A DNA stretch of 42,786 nucleotides, from positions 1-42,786 of the forward strand of contig CAZBFI010000001.1 in assembly GCA_964491165.1 (NCBI GenBank), in the 5' to 3' direction. This DNA comes from an uncultured Faecalibacterium sp. GTDB lineage: Bacteria; Bacillota; Clostridia; Oscillospirales; Acutalibacteraceae. The notes under the pieces are model-generated. The model ran no database searches. It saw only the letters and a list, made by a program, of their open reading frames with translations, and was not told where the DNA came from. The translations under genes were made by a program, and so were the position numbers. This document shows, one piece after another, positions 27,539 to 35,703 of this stretch. How positions within the stretch are numbered: position 1 is the first letter of the stretch; the number at the start of each line of letters is the position of its first letter.

Positions 27539-27598
27539 CTGTAAGTTTCATGAAAATGTCCGGTGAATCACTGTCTTTCACGCTTTCCCGTGAAACAT

Positions 27599-28447
27599 TC
27601 AAGGCTTGTCGATTATCAGCTTGTTTGTCGTGATGATTTCAGCACCGAAAAGCACCATCACATCTTTGTAAACTGTGTTGTCAACTGTCCATGCTGCCAA
27701 GCTTAAACCGGCTTGCTTTGCAGCCTTCCAACCCTTTATGCTTTTGTAGAAATTTAAATACTTGAAATTGACAGTGTTGACACCGTTTTCAACGCACCAG
27801 CTCACATCGTCGGGCTTAATCACACTGACAAGGAGCATGAGGTCGGCATTAGGATCAATTTCCTTATAAAGTCTTAAATATTCCCTTTCAAAAGAGATGA
27901 TGCTGCATTTTTCCGTAAGACCGTATTTGTCGATAATCTCTTTCAATTCCGGCAGACGCTTTGTGTCGCAGCTTTTTATCTCGATTATCGCAGCCGTTTT
28001 GCCCTTGCTCAAGGTCTCGGCAGCTTCTTCAAAGGTCGGGATTTTCAGCTCGCCGTAGCTTTCGATTCCGTTACCGCTGTCAAGCTTGAATTTTTTCAGC
28101 TCCTCAAGAGTGTAATCCTCAACCTTTCCGCTTCCGTCTGTCATGGCATCAATCGTGTCATTGTGAATTACAACCCACTTTCCGTCTTTTGTTGTGTGAA
28201 CATCAAGCTCACAGCCGTCATAGCCGTATTCCATGGCAAGCTCAAATGCAGGAATTGAATTTTGCGGAGCAAGACTCGAAAGTCCTCGGTGAGCAACCAT
28301 AAGAGGCTGCTTTTCGGTGTGACTGGAGATTGAAAGATTGTCGCTTATTTTCGGAATATACATGTGCGGAATCATAATGAGTGCTACTGCAACGGCAAGC
28401 ACGCAGATTATCGCAACGAGCGTTTTTGTTTTTTTACTTTTTTTCAT
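27599..28447 (-). CDS. membrane-anchored glycerophosphodiester phosphodiesterase (GDPD family)
   Basis: 282 aa. N-terminal TM anchor (LVAIICVLAVAVALIMI). GDPD signature VAHRGLSSLAPQNSIPAFELAMEYGYDGCELDVHTTKDGKWVVIHNDTID. RBS AAAGGTGA lies upstream. Confidence 0.85.
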   Translation of the reverse strand: MKKSKKTKTLVAIICVLAVAVALIMIPHMYIPKISDNLSISSHTEKQPLMVAHRGLSSLAPQNSIPAFELAMEYGYDGCELDVHTTKDGKWVVIHNDTIDAMTDGSGKVEDYTLEELKKFKLDSGNGIESYGELKIPTFEEAAETLSKGKTAAIIEIKSCDTKRLPELKEIIDKYGLTEKCSIISFEREYLRLYKEIDPNADLMLLVSVIKPDDVSWCVENGVNTVNFKYLNFYKSIKGWKAAKQAGLSLAAWTVDNTVYKDVMVLFGAEIITTNKLIIDKP

Positions 28448-28450
28448 CAG

Positions 28451-28504
28451 TTTTCACCTTTTCTTTAACTTGTTTTTTTCAAGTATACTATTAAAGGTGA
28501 AAAG
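28451..28504 (-). promoter_or_regulatory. intercistronic inverted repeat overlapping the GDPD ribosome-binding site
   Basis: Plus-strand TTTTCACCTTT (28451-28461) is complementary to AAAGGTGAAAA (28493-28503), an 11-bp pairing. On the mRNA the 3' arm contains the AAGGTGA Shine-Dalgarno of the GDPD gene. An inner ACTTG/CAAGT hairpin sits in the loop. Confidence 0.3.
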
Positions 28505-28513
28505 ATTCAAGCC

Positions 28514-29470
28514 TTATTTTTTTAAGACGAATCTGTCGGGATTCGGATAAGCAGATAAAAGGCTTTGCAGTGTGGAACGATTATTTGAGCCGGGGTCATG
28601 GATAAGAAATTTATCGGCGGAAAGCTCACCCGAGCCGCTGTAACCGTAAATTACAACCCAATGCTGTTTTCCACCGGAGGTTTTTGCGCCGAAGATGACC
28701 GGATCGCCACCCTTTAAAAGTGAATAAATCTGCTTTAAATATCCGTTTTCGGCATTTTTCCTCACATAATCCGACGGCCAATACAGTGAACCCGAAGCCG
28801 AGTAAGAAAGCTTTTTTGCCATCTGTGCAGGCGTGAGCGTGTAAGCCGAATAGTAGCTTTCCGTCATGGCAATTGCCGTGGTCAAGCAGCCAATAGTCCC
28901 CATCGTGCCACCCTGTGTGCCGATGGGGGTGTCCTTCCACCTTTGATCGAATTGCTTGAAGGAAGTGACCGAAAGCTTAACGGCAGGGTATTCAAGGCTT
29001 GTGAGCCTTTGAAGATATTTCTTTGCCACATAGCCTGTCTTGTTGCCCTGATAAACGATTCCCGCCCACTCGGAGTTGCTTTTGACAGCAAGGATCTTTT
29101 CGCCTTTTTTCAGCGTGTCAATCACGGGATAGTTGCTTCCTGCCTTAGAGCGTACATTTAAAACGCCCGATGTGATTTTTACCTCACCCTCAACCGTAGC
29201 AGGATAATTTTTGATGTAAGCCGAATTTGCATAAGCCGTCTTACCGTTTTTATAAGCGACCTTATACCATTCACCGCTTTTTTCCTCGATTGTCAGCCAG
29301 CTTCCGTTTTCTGCCGATGAAACGACACTTGAGCTTAATGACGGTGAGCTTCTCAGGTTAAGTTTACCGCCTGCCGTCACAACCTTTCCTGCCGTTGCAG
29401 CCGATGCGCCAAATGAGAGCATTACAAAAGCTGTAGCAAGGCTCAAGCAAAAATAAATCAGTTTTTTCAT
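28514..29470 (-). CDS. secreted SH3b-SH3b-C39-like (Peptidase_C39_2/YvpB-like) cysteine peptidase
   Basis: 318 aa. Signal peptide MKKLIYFCLSLATAFVMLSFGASA. Two SH3b-like segments (GKLNLRSSPSLSS...WYKVAYKNGKTAYANSAYI and GVLNVRSKAGSNY...WAGIVYQGNKTGYVAKKYL). C-terminal papain-like triad context: GTIGCLTTAIAM, KQHWVVIYGY, LIHDPG. RBS CAGGAGG. Confidence 0.75.
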   Translation of the reverse strand: MKKLIYFCLSLATAFVMLSFGASAATAGKVVTAGGKLNLRSSPSLSSSVVSSAENGSWLTIEEKSGEWYKVAYKNGKTAYANSAYIKNYPATVEGEVKITSGVLNVRSKAGSNYPVIDTLKKGEKILAVKSNSEWAGIVYQGNKTGYVAKKYLQRLTSLEYPAVKLSVTSFKQFDQRWKDTPIGTQGGTMGTIGCLTTAIAMTESYYSAYTLTPAQMAKKLSYSASGSLYWPSDYVRKNAENGYLKQIYSLLKGGDPVIFGAKTSGGKQHWVVIYGYSGSGELSADKFLIHDPGSNNRSTLQSLLSAYPNPDRFVLKK

Positions 29471-29619
29471 TTATACCTCCTGTGATACCCGTGAGTTTTT
29501 TTGAAACGGGTAACGCTCCACGATTATAACATGAAAAAGGGGATTTTTTGTCAGGTAAATAATGTAAACCGAAAAGCTGAATATTTTTTCGTTAAAGGAA
29601 GCTTTTTTCAAGATAAGAC

Positions 29620-29648
29620 TTGAACATTTGCTTAAAATGTGTTAATCT
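29620..29648 (+). promoter_or_regulatory. candidate sigmaA promoter for the 29702 gene
   Basis: TTGAAC (29620-29625), 17-nt spacer ending in TGT (extended -10), then TAATCT (29643-29648). Confidence 0.4.
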
Positions 29649-29701
29649 ATTAAGTACATTAGCTAAGAATGAAAACTTTCAGTGAAAGGAAGAATAACTA
29701 T

Positions 29702-30382
29702 ATGCTTGAACAGGTTGAAAACAAAATTCAGGAGTTGAAAAAGCTCCGTGCAGAAGAGTATTACAAGAAAAAGGACGCAGATTTGAAATCATGGGGACTG
29801 ACAACCAAGACAGACGGAAAAAAGGTCACTCCCATTATCGTGACAGATGAGGAATACGAGGAGCTTGTTAAGGCATCAAACGGTGTCGGCAAGATCGGAA
29901 GAAATCCCGTTGCAATCACCTTGAACGCTTTGTCATATCTGATTGTTGTCATCGGTGTGATTGCCGGCTTGATTATTGCCGATCTGAGTGACGGCTCGTC
30001 ATTCATCTCTTTTTCGGCATCGGTCGGAATTTCCTTGATCATCGCAGTCCTTTTCAGAGGCATTGCCGAAGCTATCCGTTTGCTCCAGCAGATTCTTGAC
30101 TCAAAGCCGATTGAAAAGCCGGATCCGGCAGCCTTCAAAAAGCCTCAGGTGAAAAAGGCAGGCGCTCAAAAGCAGCCTCAGCCCAAGGCTCAAGCTCCGA
30201 TGTATGTGCCTTATCCTGCACAGAATCAGACTTATGTTTATCCTTATCCGGTTTATGCTGCTCCTCAACAGCCCGTTGCAGGTGCTCAGCCGGCAAACAT
30301 CGCTTACACTCCCGAGGGCATTCAGGCTTATTATCAGCAGCCGGCAGCTCAGACAGCACAAAGCGAAAACGAGGACAAATAA
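29702..30382 (+). CDS. hypothetical two-TM membrane protein with a Pro/Gln/Tyr-rich C-terminal tail
   Basis: ATG at 29702 is preceded by GAAAGGAAG with 9-nt spacing; the ORF-track ATG at 29669 has no RBS. The protein has a charged N-terminal helix, two hydrophobic spans (AITLNALSYLIVVIGVIAGLIIADL and FISFSASVGISLIIAVLF), then the low-complexity tail QPQPKAQAPMYVPYPAQNQTYVYPYPVYAAPQQPVAGAQP. Confidence 0.6.
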   Translation: MLEQVENKIQELKKLRAEEYYKKKDADLKSWGLTTKTDGKKVTPIIVTDEEYEELVKASNGVGKIGRNPVAITLNALSYLIVVIGVIAGLIIADLSDGSSFISFSASVGISLIIAVLFRGIAEAIRLLQQILDSKPIEKPDPAAFKKPQVKKAGAQKQPQPKAQAPMYVPYPAQNQTYVYPYPVYAAPQQPVAGAQPANIAYTPEGIQAYYQQPAAQTAQSENEDK

Positions 30383-30401
30383 TTTCAAAGTGAAAAAACA
30401 A

Positions 30402-30452
30402 AAAGGGTTTCTTTTGACTTTGCGGTCAAAGGAAGCCCTTTAAGCTTTTTTT
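30402..30452 (+). terminator. rho-independent terminator
   Basis: 17-bp stem AAAGGGTTTCTTTTGAC / GTCAAAGGAAGCCCTTT (two G-U pairs) with a 6-nt loop, followed by AAGCTTTTTTT. Confidence 0.75.
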
Positions 30453-30555
30453 GGAAAATTTAAGCTTAAAGCAAAAATCTTAATGCCGTCTGCGTTTTTT
30501 AGTTGACAGAGAATTTACGACTTTTTTCCGTCATATAATTAACGGGGTGATATAT

Positions 30556-30852
30556 ATGAACTGTTCAATTACGGATTTGAGAAACAAGGAGGTAATCAAC
30601 GCAAAAAACGGTTGCCGGCTTGGAAATGTCTGTGATGTTGAAATTGACACCTGCTCCGGCTGTATCGTGTCGCTGATAATCTGGGGAAAGGGCAAGTGCT
30701 TAGGCTTGCTTCCGGCAGAAAACGACATCAAAATTTGCTGGAAAGATGTTGAGGTTATCGGAGACGATACGATTCTTGTGTGCAGCGAAAAGGATTTTTC
30801 ATGCTGTCAGTGTCGGCGAAAAAGAAATTTTTTTGAATCGCTTTTTAAATGA
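30556..30852 (+). CDS. ylmC: YlmC/YmxH-family sporulation protein (PRC-barrel)
   Basis: MNCSITDLRNKEVINAKNGCRLGNVCDVEIDTCSGCIVSLIIWGKGK..LLPAENDIKICWKDVEVIGDDTILV matches the YlmC/YmxH pattern (SELR.KEVIN..DG..LG...D.EID...G.I..I). ATG 30556 follows GGGGTG. The ORF-track GTG at 30547 is probably not the start. The Cys-rich C-terminal tail is unusual. Confidence 0.75.
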   Translation: MNCSITDLRNKEVINAKNGCRLGNVCDVEIDTCSGCIVSLIIWGKGKCLGLLPAENDIKICWKDVEVIGDDTILVCSEKDFSCCQCRRKRNFFESLFK

Positions 30853-30862
30853 TTCACCCGTC

Positions 30863-30891
30863 TTGACCGTTTGAAGCGGAAAGTATATAAT
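30863..30891 (+). promoter_or_regulatory. sigmaA promoter of the GH3 gene
   Basis: TTGACC (30863-30868), exactly 17-nt spacer, TATAAT (30886-30891). GGAGG RBS at 30910-30914 and ATG at 30920. Confidence 0.65.
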
Positions 30892-30919
30892 AAGTGTAAT
30901 AAAGCTTTGGAGGTTTAAT

Positions 30920-33361
30920 ATGAAGAACAGCACGCTTTTAAATAAAATGACACTTGAAGAAAAGGCAGGGCTTTGCTCCGGCAAGGACTTTTGGACACTC
31001 AAGGGCGTTGAGCGACTCGGCATTCCGGAAATCACTCTCACTGACGGCCCTCACGGACTGAGAAAGAAGAACCCCGAAAGCACTAAGTCAAGCCTTTCCG
31101 ATTCCGTTCCGGCAACCTGCTTCCCGACAGCCGTAACAACGGCTTGCTCATGGGATGAGGAGCTTCTTTTCAAAATGGGTGAGGCAATGGCAGAGGAATG
31201 TCTCAGCGAGAGGGTCAGCGTTATTCTCGGCCCGGGAGTCAACATCAAGCGTTCTCCGCTTTGTGGCAGAAACTTTGAATATTTTTCGGAAGATCCCTTG
31301 CTTGCCGGTAAAATGGCAGCGGCTTTAATAAGAGGTATACAGTCCAAAAATGTTGGAGCATCATTGAAGCACTTTGCGGCAAACAGTCAGGAAAAAAAGA
31401 GAATGACAATCGACAGTGTTATTGATGAAAGAGCCTTGCGTGAAATTTATCTCACTGCATTTGAAATTGCCGTCAAGGAAGGCTCACCGTGGACTGTTAT
31501 GAACGCTTATAACAAGCTCAACGGAGTTTACTGCTCGGATAACGGAGAGCTTCAAAACAAGATTCTGCGTGACGAATGGGGCTTTGACGGAGTTGTTGTG
31601 ACCGATTGGGGTGCAGCCAATGACAGAGTGACCGGAATGGTGAACGGCAATGACCTTGAAATGCCGTCATCGGGCGGATATAACGATGCAAAAATCTGCA
31701 AGGCTGTCCGAGAGGGCAGAATGAAGGAGGAAAGCGTTGACATCTGTGCCGACAGAGTGCTTTCTCTCATTCTCAAATCAAAGGACGCTTTCACTGTCAC
31801 CTCTTATGACAAGAAAGCACATCATAGGCTTGCAGGTGAAATTTGCAAGGAATGTCTTGTGCTTTTGAAAAACGAGGATAATATTCTTCCATTGAAAAAG
31901 GAAAAGACAGTGGCAGTTATCGGTGAAATGGGCCGTTGTCCGAGATATCAGGGTGCCGGAAGCTCAAACATCAACCCGACAGAGCTTGACGATGCCTTTG
32001 ATGCTTTGCTTAAAAAGGGCTACAATGTCAATTTTGCCCCCGGCTATAACAAGAAAAAAGATGAAGTGAATGAGATTATGCTCAATGATGCCTGCATCGT
32101 TGCCGGAAGAGCCGATACAGTTCTGCTTTTCATCGGACTTACAGAGGAATATGAGTCTGAGGGCTATGACAGAAAGCACATGAATCTGCCCGAATCTCAT
32201 GTCAAGCTGCTTGAAAGAGTGCTTGAGGTCAATGAAAATGTGGTTGTTGTGCTTTCAGGCGGTTCACCCGTTGTGATTCCTCAGCTTGACAGAATCAAGG
32301 GTCTGCTCAACGGATACCTTGCAGGACAGGCAGGCGGAAGTGCAATTGCGGAAATTCTCAGCGGTGATGCAAATCCCTGCGGTAAGCTTGCGGAAACTTA
32401 TCCTCTGTCTCTTGAGGACACACCCTGCTTTAAGCTTTATCCGTCGGAAAAAGCCACGGCAGAGCATAGAGAAAGCATCTTCATCGGTTACAGATATTAT
32501 GACACGGCAAAAAAAGATGTTCAGTTCCCGTTCGGCTTCGGCTTGTCATACACTGAGTTTAAGTACAGCGGCATTAAGCTTTCAGCAAAGAAAATTAAGG
32601 ACACAGATGAGCTGACGGTCAGCTTTAAGGTTAAGAATGTGGGGAAAACGGCAGGCTCGGAAATTGCACAGATTTATGTCAAGGCTGACAAAAGCACTGT
32701 TTTCTGTCCCGAAAAGGAGTTAAGAGCGTTCAAAAAGCTCCACCTTGAAGCAGGTGAGGAAAAGACTGTTGAAGTGATTCTTTCAAAAAGAGCCTTCGCA
32801 TATTATAATGTCAACATCAAGGACTGGCATGTTGAAAGCGGCAACTTTGAAATTCTTGTGGGTGCTTCAAGCCGTGATATCAGGCTCAACGCAACGGTAT
32901 TCGTTCAAAGCACTGTTGAGGCTGTTATCCCAGATTACAGAGAAGCAGCTCCGTGTTATTATGAGGGCAGGGCAAACGAGGCAACGGCAGAGGAATTTGA
33001 AGCCGTTTTGGGAAGAAAGCTTCCACCGTCGGAAATTGACAGGAACGCACCCTTAACCTTGCTTAACTCTCTCAAGGACGCACAGCACACGAAATACGGC
33101 AAAATGCTCAACGGCATTATCGACAAAGCACTTTCAGCAGTCGGTGGTGACGATCAGGCGATGGGAATGATGAAAGCGATGGCACTTGAAATCCCGATGA
33201 GAAACTTTGTCACCATGAGTGGCGGTGTTTTCAGCGAGGAAATGGCAAAGGGACTTTTGATGATTCTCAACGGAGAAAGAGCCGCTTTGGGACTCGGCAA
33301 AATTCTTGCCGGACTTGTCACTGCGATAAGAAAGCTGCCTGAGCTGTTGAAGGCAATATGA
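30920..33361 (+). CDS. GH3 beta-glucosidase (BglX-like), intracellular
   Basis: 813 aa with no signal peptide. GH3 hallmarks: LEEKAGLCSG..FW, TDGPHGLR, KHFAANSQE, nucleophile context GFDGVVVTDWGA, and a C-terminal Fn3-like region (FGFGLSYTEFKYS). Confidence 0.9.
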   Translation: MKNSTLLNKMTLEEKAGLCSGKDFWTLKGVERLGIPEITLTDGPHGLRKKNPESTKSSLSDSVPATCFPTAVTTACSWDEELLFKMGEAMAEECLSERVSVILGPGVNIKRSPLCGRNFEYFSEDPLLAGKMAAALIRGIQSKNVGASLKHFAANSQEKKRMTIDSVIDERALREIYLTAFEIAVKEGSPWTVMNAYNKLNGVYCSDNGELQNKILRDEWGFDGVVVTDWGAANDRVTGMVNGNDLEMPSSGGYNDAKICKAVREGRMKEESVDICADRVLSLILKSKDAFTVTSYDKKAHHRLAGEICKECLVLLKNEDNILPLKKEKTVAVIGEMGRCPRYQGAGSSNINPTELDDAFDALLKKGYNVNFAPGYNKKKDEVNEIMLNDACIVAGRADTVLLFIGLTEEYESEGYDRKHMNLPESHVKLLERVLEVNENVVVVLSGGSPVVIPQLDRIKGLLNGYLAGQAGGSAIAEILSGDANPCGKLAETYPLSLEDTPCFKLYPSEKATAEHRESIFIGYRYYDTAKKDVQFPFGFGLSYTEFKYSGIKLSAKKIKDTDELTVSFKVKNVGKTAGSEIAQIYVKADKSTVFCPEKELRAFKKLHLEAGEEKTVEVILSKRAFAYYNVNIKDWHVESGNFEILVGASSRDIRLNATVFVQSTVEAVIPDYREAAPCYYEGRANEATAEEFEAVLGRKLPPSEIDRNAPLTLLNSLKDAQHTKYGKMLNGIIDKALSAVGGDDQAMGMMKAMALEIPMRNFVTMSGGVFSEEMAKGLLMILNGERAALGLGKILAGLVTAIRKLPELLKAI

Positions 33362-33397
33362 GTTGAGGGAAGAAGTAATAGTAATAGTGAAGAAGTA

Positions 33398-33434
33398 AGG
33401 TAAGGCAGAAAAGCATCGCTTTTCTGCCTTACCT
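33398..33434. terminator. shared hairpin terminator between convergent GH3 and GH2 genes
   Basis: Perfect 17-bp stem AGGTAAGGCAGAAAAGC / GCTTTTCTGCCTTACCT with a 3-nt loop. It lies between the two stop codons (33361 and 33436). T-tracts are weak on both sides. Confidence 0.6.
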
Positions 33435-33435
33435 C

Positions 33436-35682
33436 TTACTTCAAACTCACTTCATTGAGCTTTTCATTGAGTGCCAAAAGCTGTTTTTTGTCAAGCTTAA
33501 ATCCAAGCATATCTCCCGACATGTTGAGCAGTCTCAGCAAGGTGAAGTCGCCGAGCATGGCACTCATGGATTCGTTTTTCATGACTCCGGCAAAGACCGA
33601 CGAATCTTCGTTTTCGGCAGCGAGTGAGGCTCGCATAAGATCGGTGAAAATCTCGTTTCCCCGTTGTGTTGCAGTGATATCCTTGATTTTTGAGTTGAGT
33701 GAAAGATATCCCTCAGGCTCGGAAACATCAAACCAGTTTAATATTGCCCCTTTTTCTTTCAAGCGATATTTTTCATTGAAGGAATCAACCTTTCTTATGA
33801 GGCTCTCGTCACGGTAATCTCCTGCTACTGCGGTGATAAGGCTGATTGCCTTGTTCGGCACTTTGAAATGAAAAAAGTGATCGTCGGATTTTTTCTTTGC
33901 AAGACTGTGACTGTTGACAAAAAGCTCAACCTCAGGCTGATTTGAATAAACAGTGACGGTTGTTTCGTCCTCGGTTCTGTCCGTGTACCTTTTTGAACAG
34001 ATATGCACGAACGGCTCCTTTGAAAGCCAAGCCTTATAGGCGTAAAAGGCATCTTTTTTGTATTTTCTGTCAAAGGTAACAAGTCCCTTGTGATTTTGCC
34101 CGTTCTCACCACCCTCATTTCTTGCATCAGCTCCGAAATCGAACATATTCCACACATAAGTTGCCCAAAGATATTTCCTGCTGTAAAGCTGCTTGATGAG
34201 CTGCTCGTGATAGTAGGCTTGATATTCCTCGGTGTAATCACCCTGAACGGGCGAGGAGGTGTGCCAGTCGAGTCCCTCACAGCCGTATTCACTGCAAGCG
34301 ATGGGAACTGTCGGATGCTCCTTGTGGAATTTGTCGAACCACGGGCCGTTCATTGAAGCCTCTCCACCGTACCAGCCGAAGTAATGGTTATAAGCGACGG
34401 TGTCGGGGATTTTGAGATAAGGCGAATCCGTGGGACAGGGGGAGACAACTGCCATGGTGGTTAAGCGTGTCTTGTCTGTTTCGTGGCAAAGTCTGTTGAG
34501 CTTTTTGTGAGCTTCGAGCATATCGGGATCTCTGTCGCCCTTCATGGAAATTTCATTTGAAAGCCCCCAGACAATAATCGACGGGTGGTTGTAATTTTGT
34601 GCGATAAGCTCTTTCATTTGCAATATGGCGTTTTCGTTTGCCGATGGGTTGTGTTGAGAAATATAAGGGATTTCCGCCCAGACGATGATACCTTTTTCAT
34701 CGCACAGGTCATAAAAATACCGGTCATGCTGATAATGGGCGAGTCTTACGGTTGTTGCGCCAAGCTCATCAATCAGCTCCATGTCCTCACGATGATGCTC
34801 CGGCAGTAACGCATTGCCCACACCCAGTCTGTCCTGATGCCGTGAAACACCCCTTAAAGCATATTCGTGTGAGTTGAGAATGAAGCCCTTTTCAGCACTG
34901 ATTTCAAAAAAACGGCAACCGAAACGGGTGTGAATGCAGTCGATAACCTCTTTGTCCTTGAAAAGCTCAGCCTTTGCGGTGTAAAGATAAGGGTCGGCTT
35001 TTCCGTGCCAGAGATGAGGAGATTCGATTGTTATGAGTGCGTGTCCGTCTTTGTCTGCCGGCACAACGGCAATTTCATTTTTTTCCTTGTCGGTTATTGT
35101 GAAAACAACCTTTAAGCCCTCGGCATTTTTTGTCCTTGCAAAAAGAGAAATGTCGGCTTTTTCCTTTGTGACGGTGGGAGTGACCTCGATTCCGCTTGAA
35201 CCCAGATATTCAAGCTCAAAGTGACTTTCCGGAACACAGATGATGTTCACATCACGGTAAAGTCCACCGTAAAAGGTGAAGTCGGCAACCTGAGGATAAA
35301 CGCTTTCATCGGGACTGTTGTCTGTTACTATCGTAATGATAAATGAGGGCTTAACATAGGGCGTTATGTCAAAACGGAAGGTGCTGTAGCCTCCCTCGTG
35401 CTTTCCGATGCTTTTTCCGTCAATGAAAACCTCAGCCGAGGAGTTCGCTGCGTTTATTTCAAGAAAATAGCTTTAGGAATCGGGAAGCTCATGAACCTTG
35501 TTTATTTTTTTCATGTAGCAGGCTTTTCCTCTGAAATAGTCATTTCCTCCGTCTTGTCCGTCAATGGCGTTATAGGTGTGAGGCAGGTTGACAAAGCACC
35601 AGCTTTTGTCCAAGTCCGGCAGGGGTGAAGCAACACCCTTTCTGAAAAGCCATTTTTTGTTGATGTTAATGGTTTGACGCAT
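33436..35682 (-). pseudogene. GH2 glycoside hydrolase (beta-galactosidase/beta-glucuronidase-like) interrupted by one in-frame TAA
   Basis: The 69-aa ORF (35473-35682, MRQTININKKWLFRKG...) and the 604-aa ORF (33436-35250) are in the same frame. I translated the gap codon by codon: ...HELPDS-TAA-SYFLEINAANSSAEVFIDGKSIGKHEGGYSTFRFDITPYV...YGGLYRDVNIICVPESH. The only stop is at 35473-35475. GH2 motifs are present: NHPSIIVWGLSNE (acid/base) and ACSEYGCEG (nucleophile). The RBS AAGGAGA is intact, 6 nt before the ATG at 35682. Confidence 0.8.
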
Positions 35683-35703
35683 AAAAAATCTCCTTTGAAA
35701 AGT

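Noticed and set aside
30503-30539. TTGACA (30503-30508) plus TATAAT (30534-30539) as a sigmaA promoter for ylmC.
   Set aside because: The spacer is 25 nt, too long for sigmaA. The CATATAAT -10 could instead belong to a sporulation sigma factor promoter, but I cannot support a matching -35.
33436-35250. The 604-aa ORF starting at the GTG at 35250 as an independent GH2 gene.
   Set aside because: The upstream 222 nt continue the same frame with conserved GH2 sugar-binding-domain sequence up to a single TAA. There is no RBS before the GTG. It is the downstream part of one interrupted gene.
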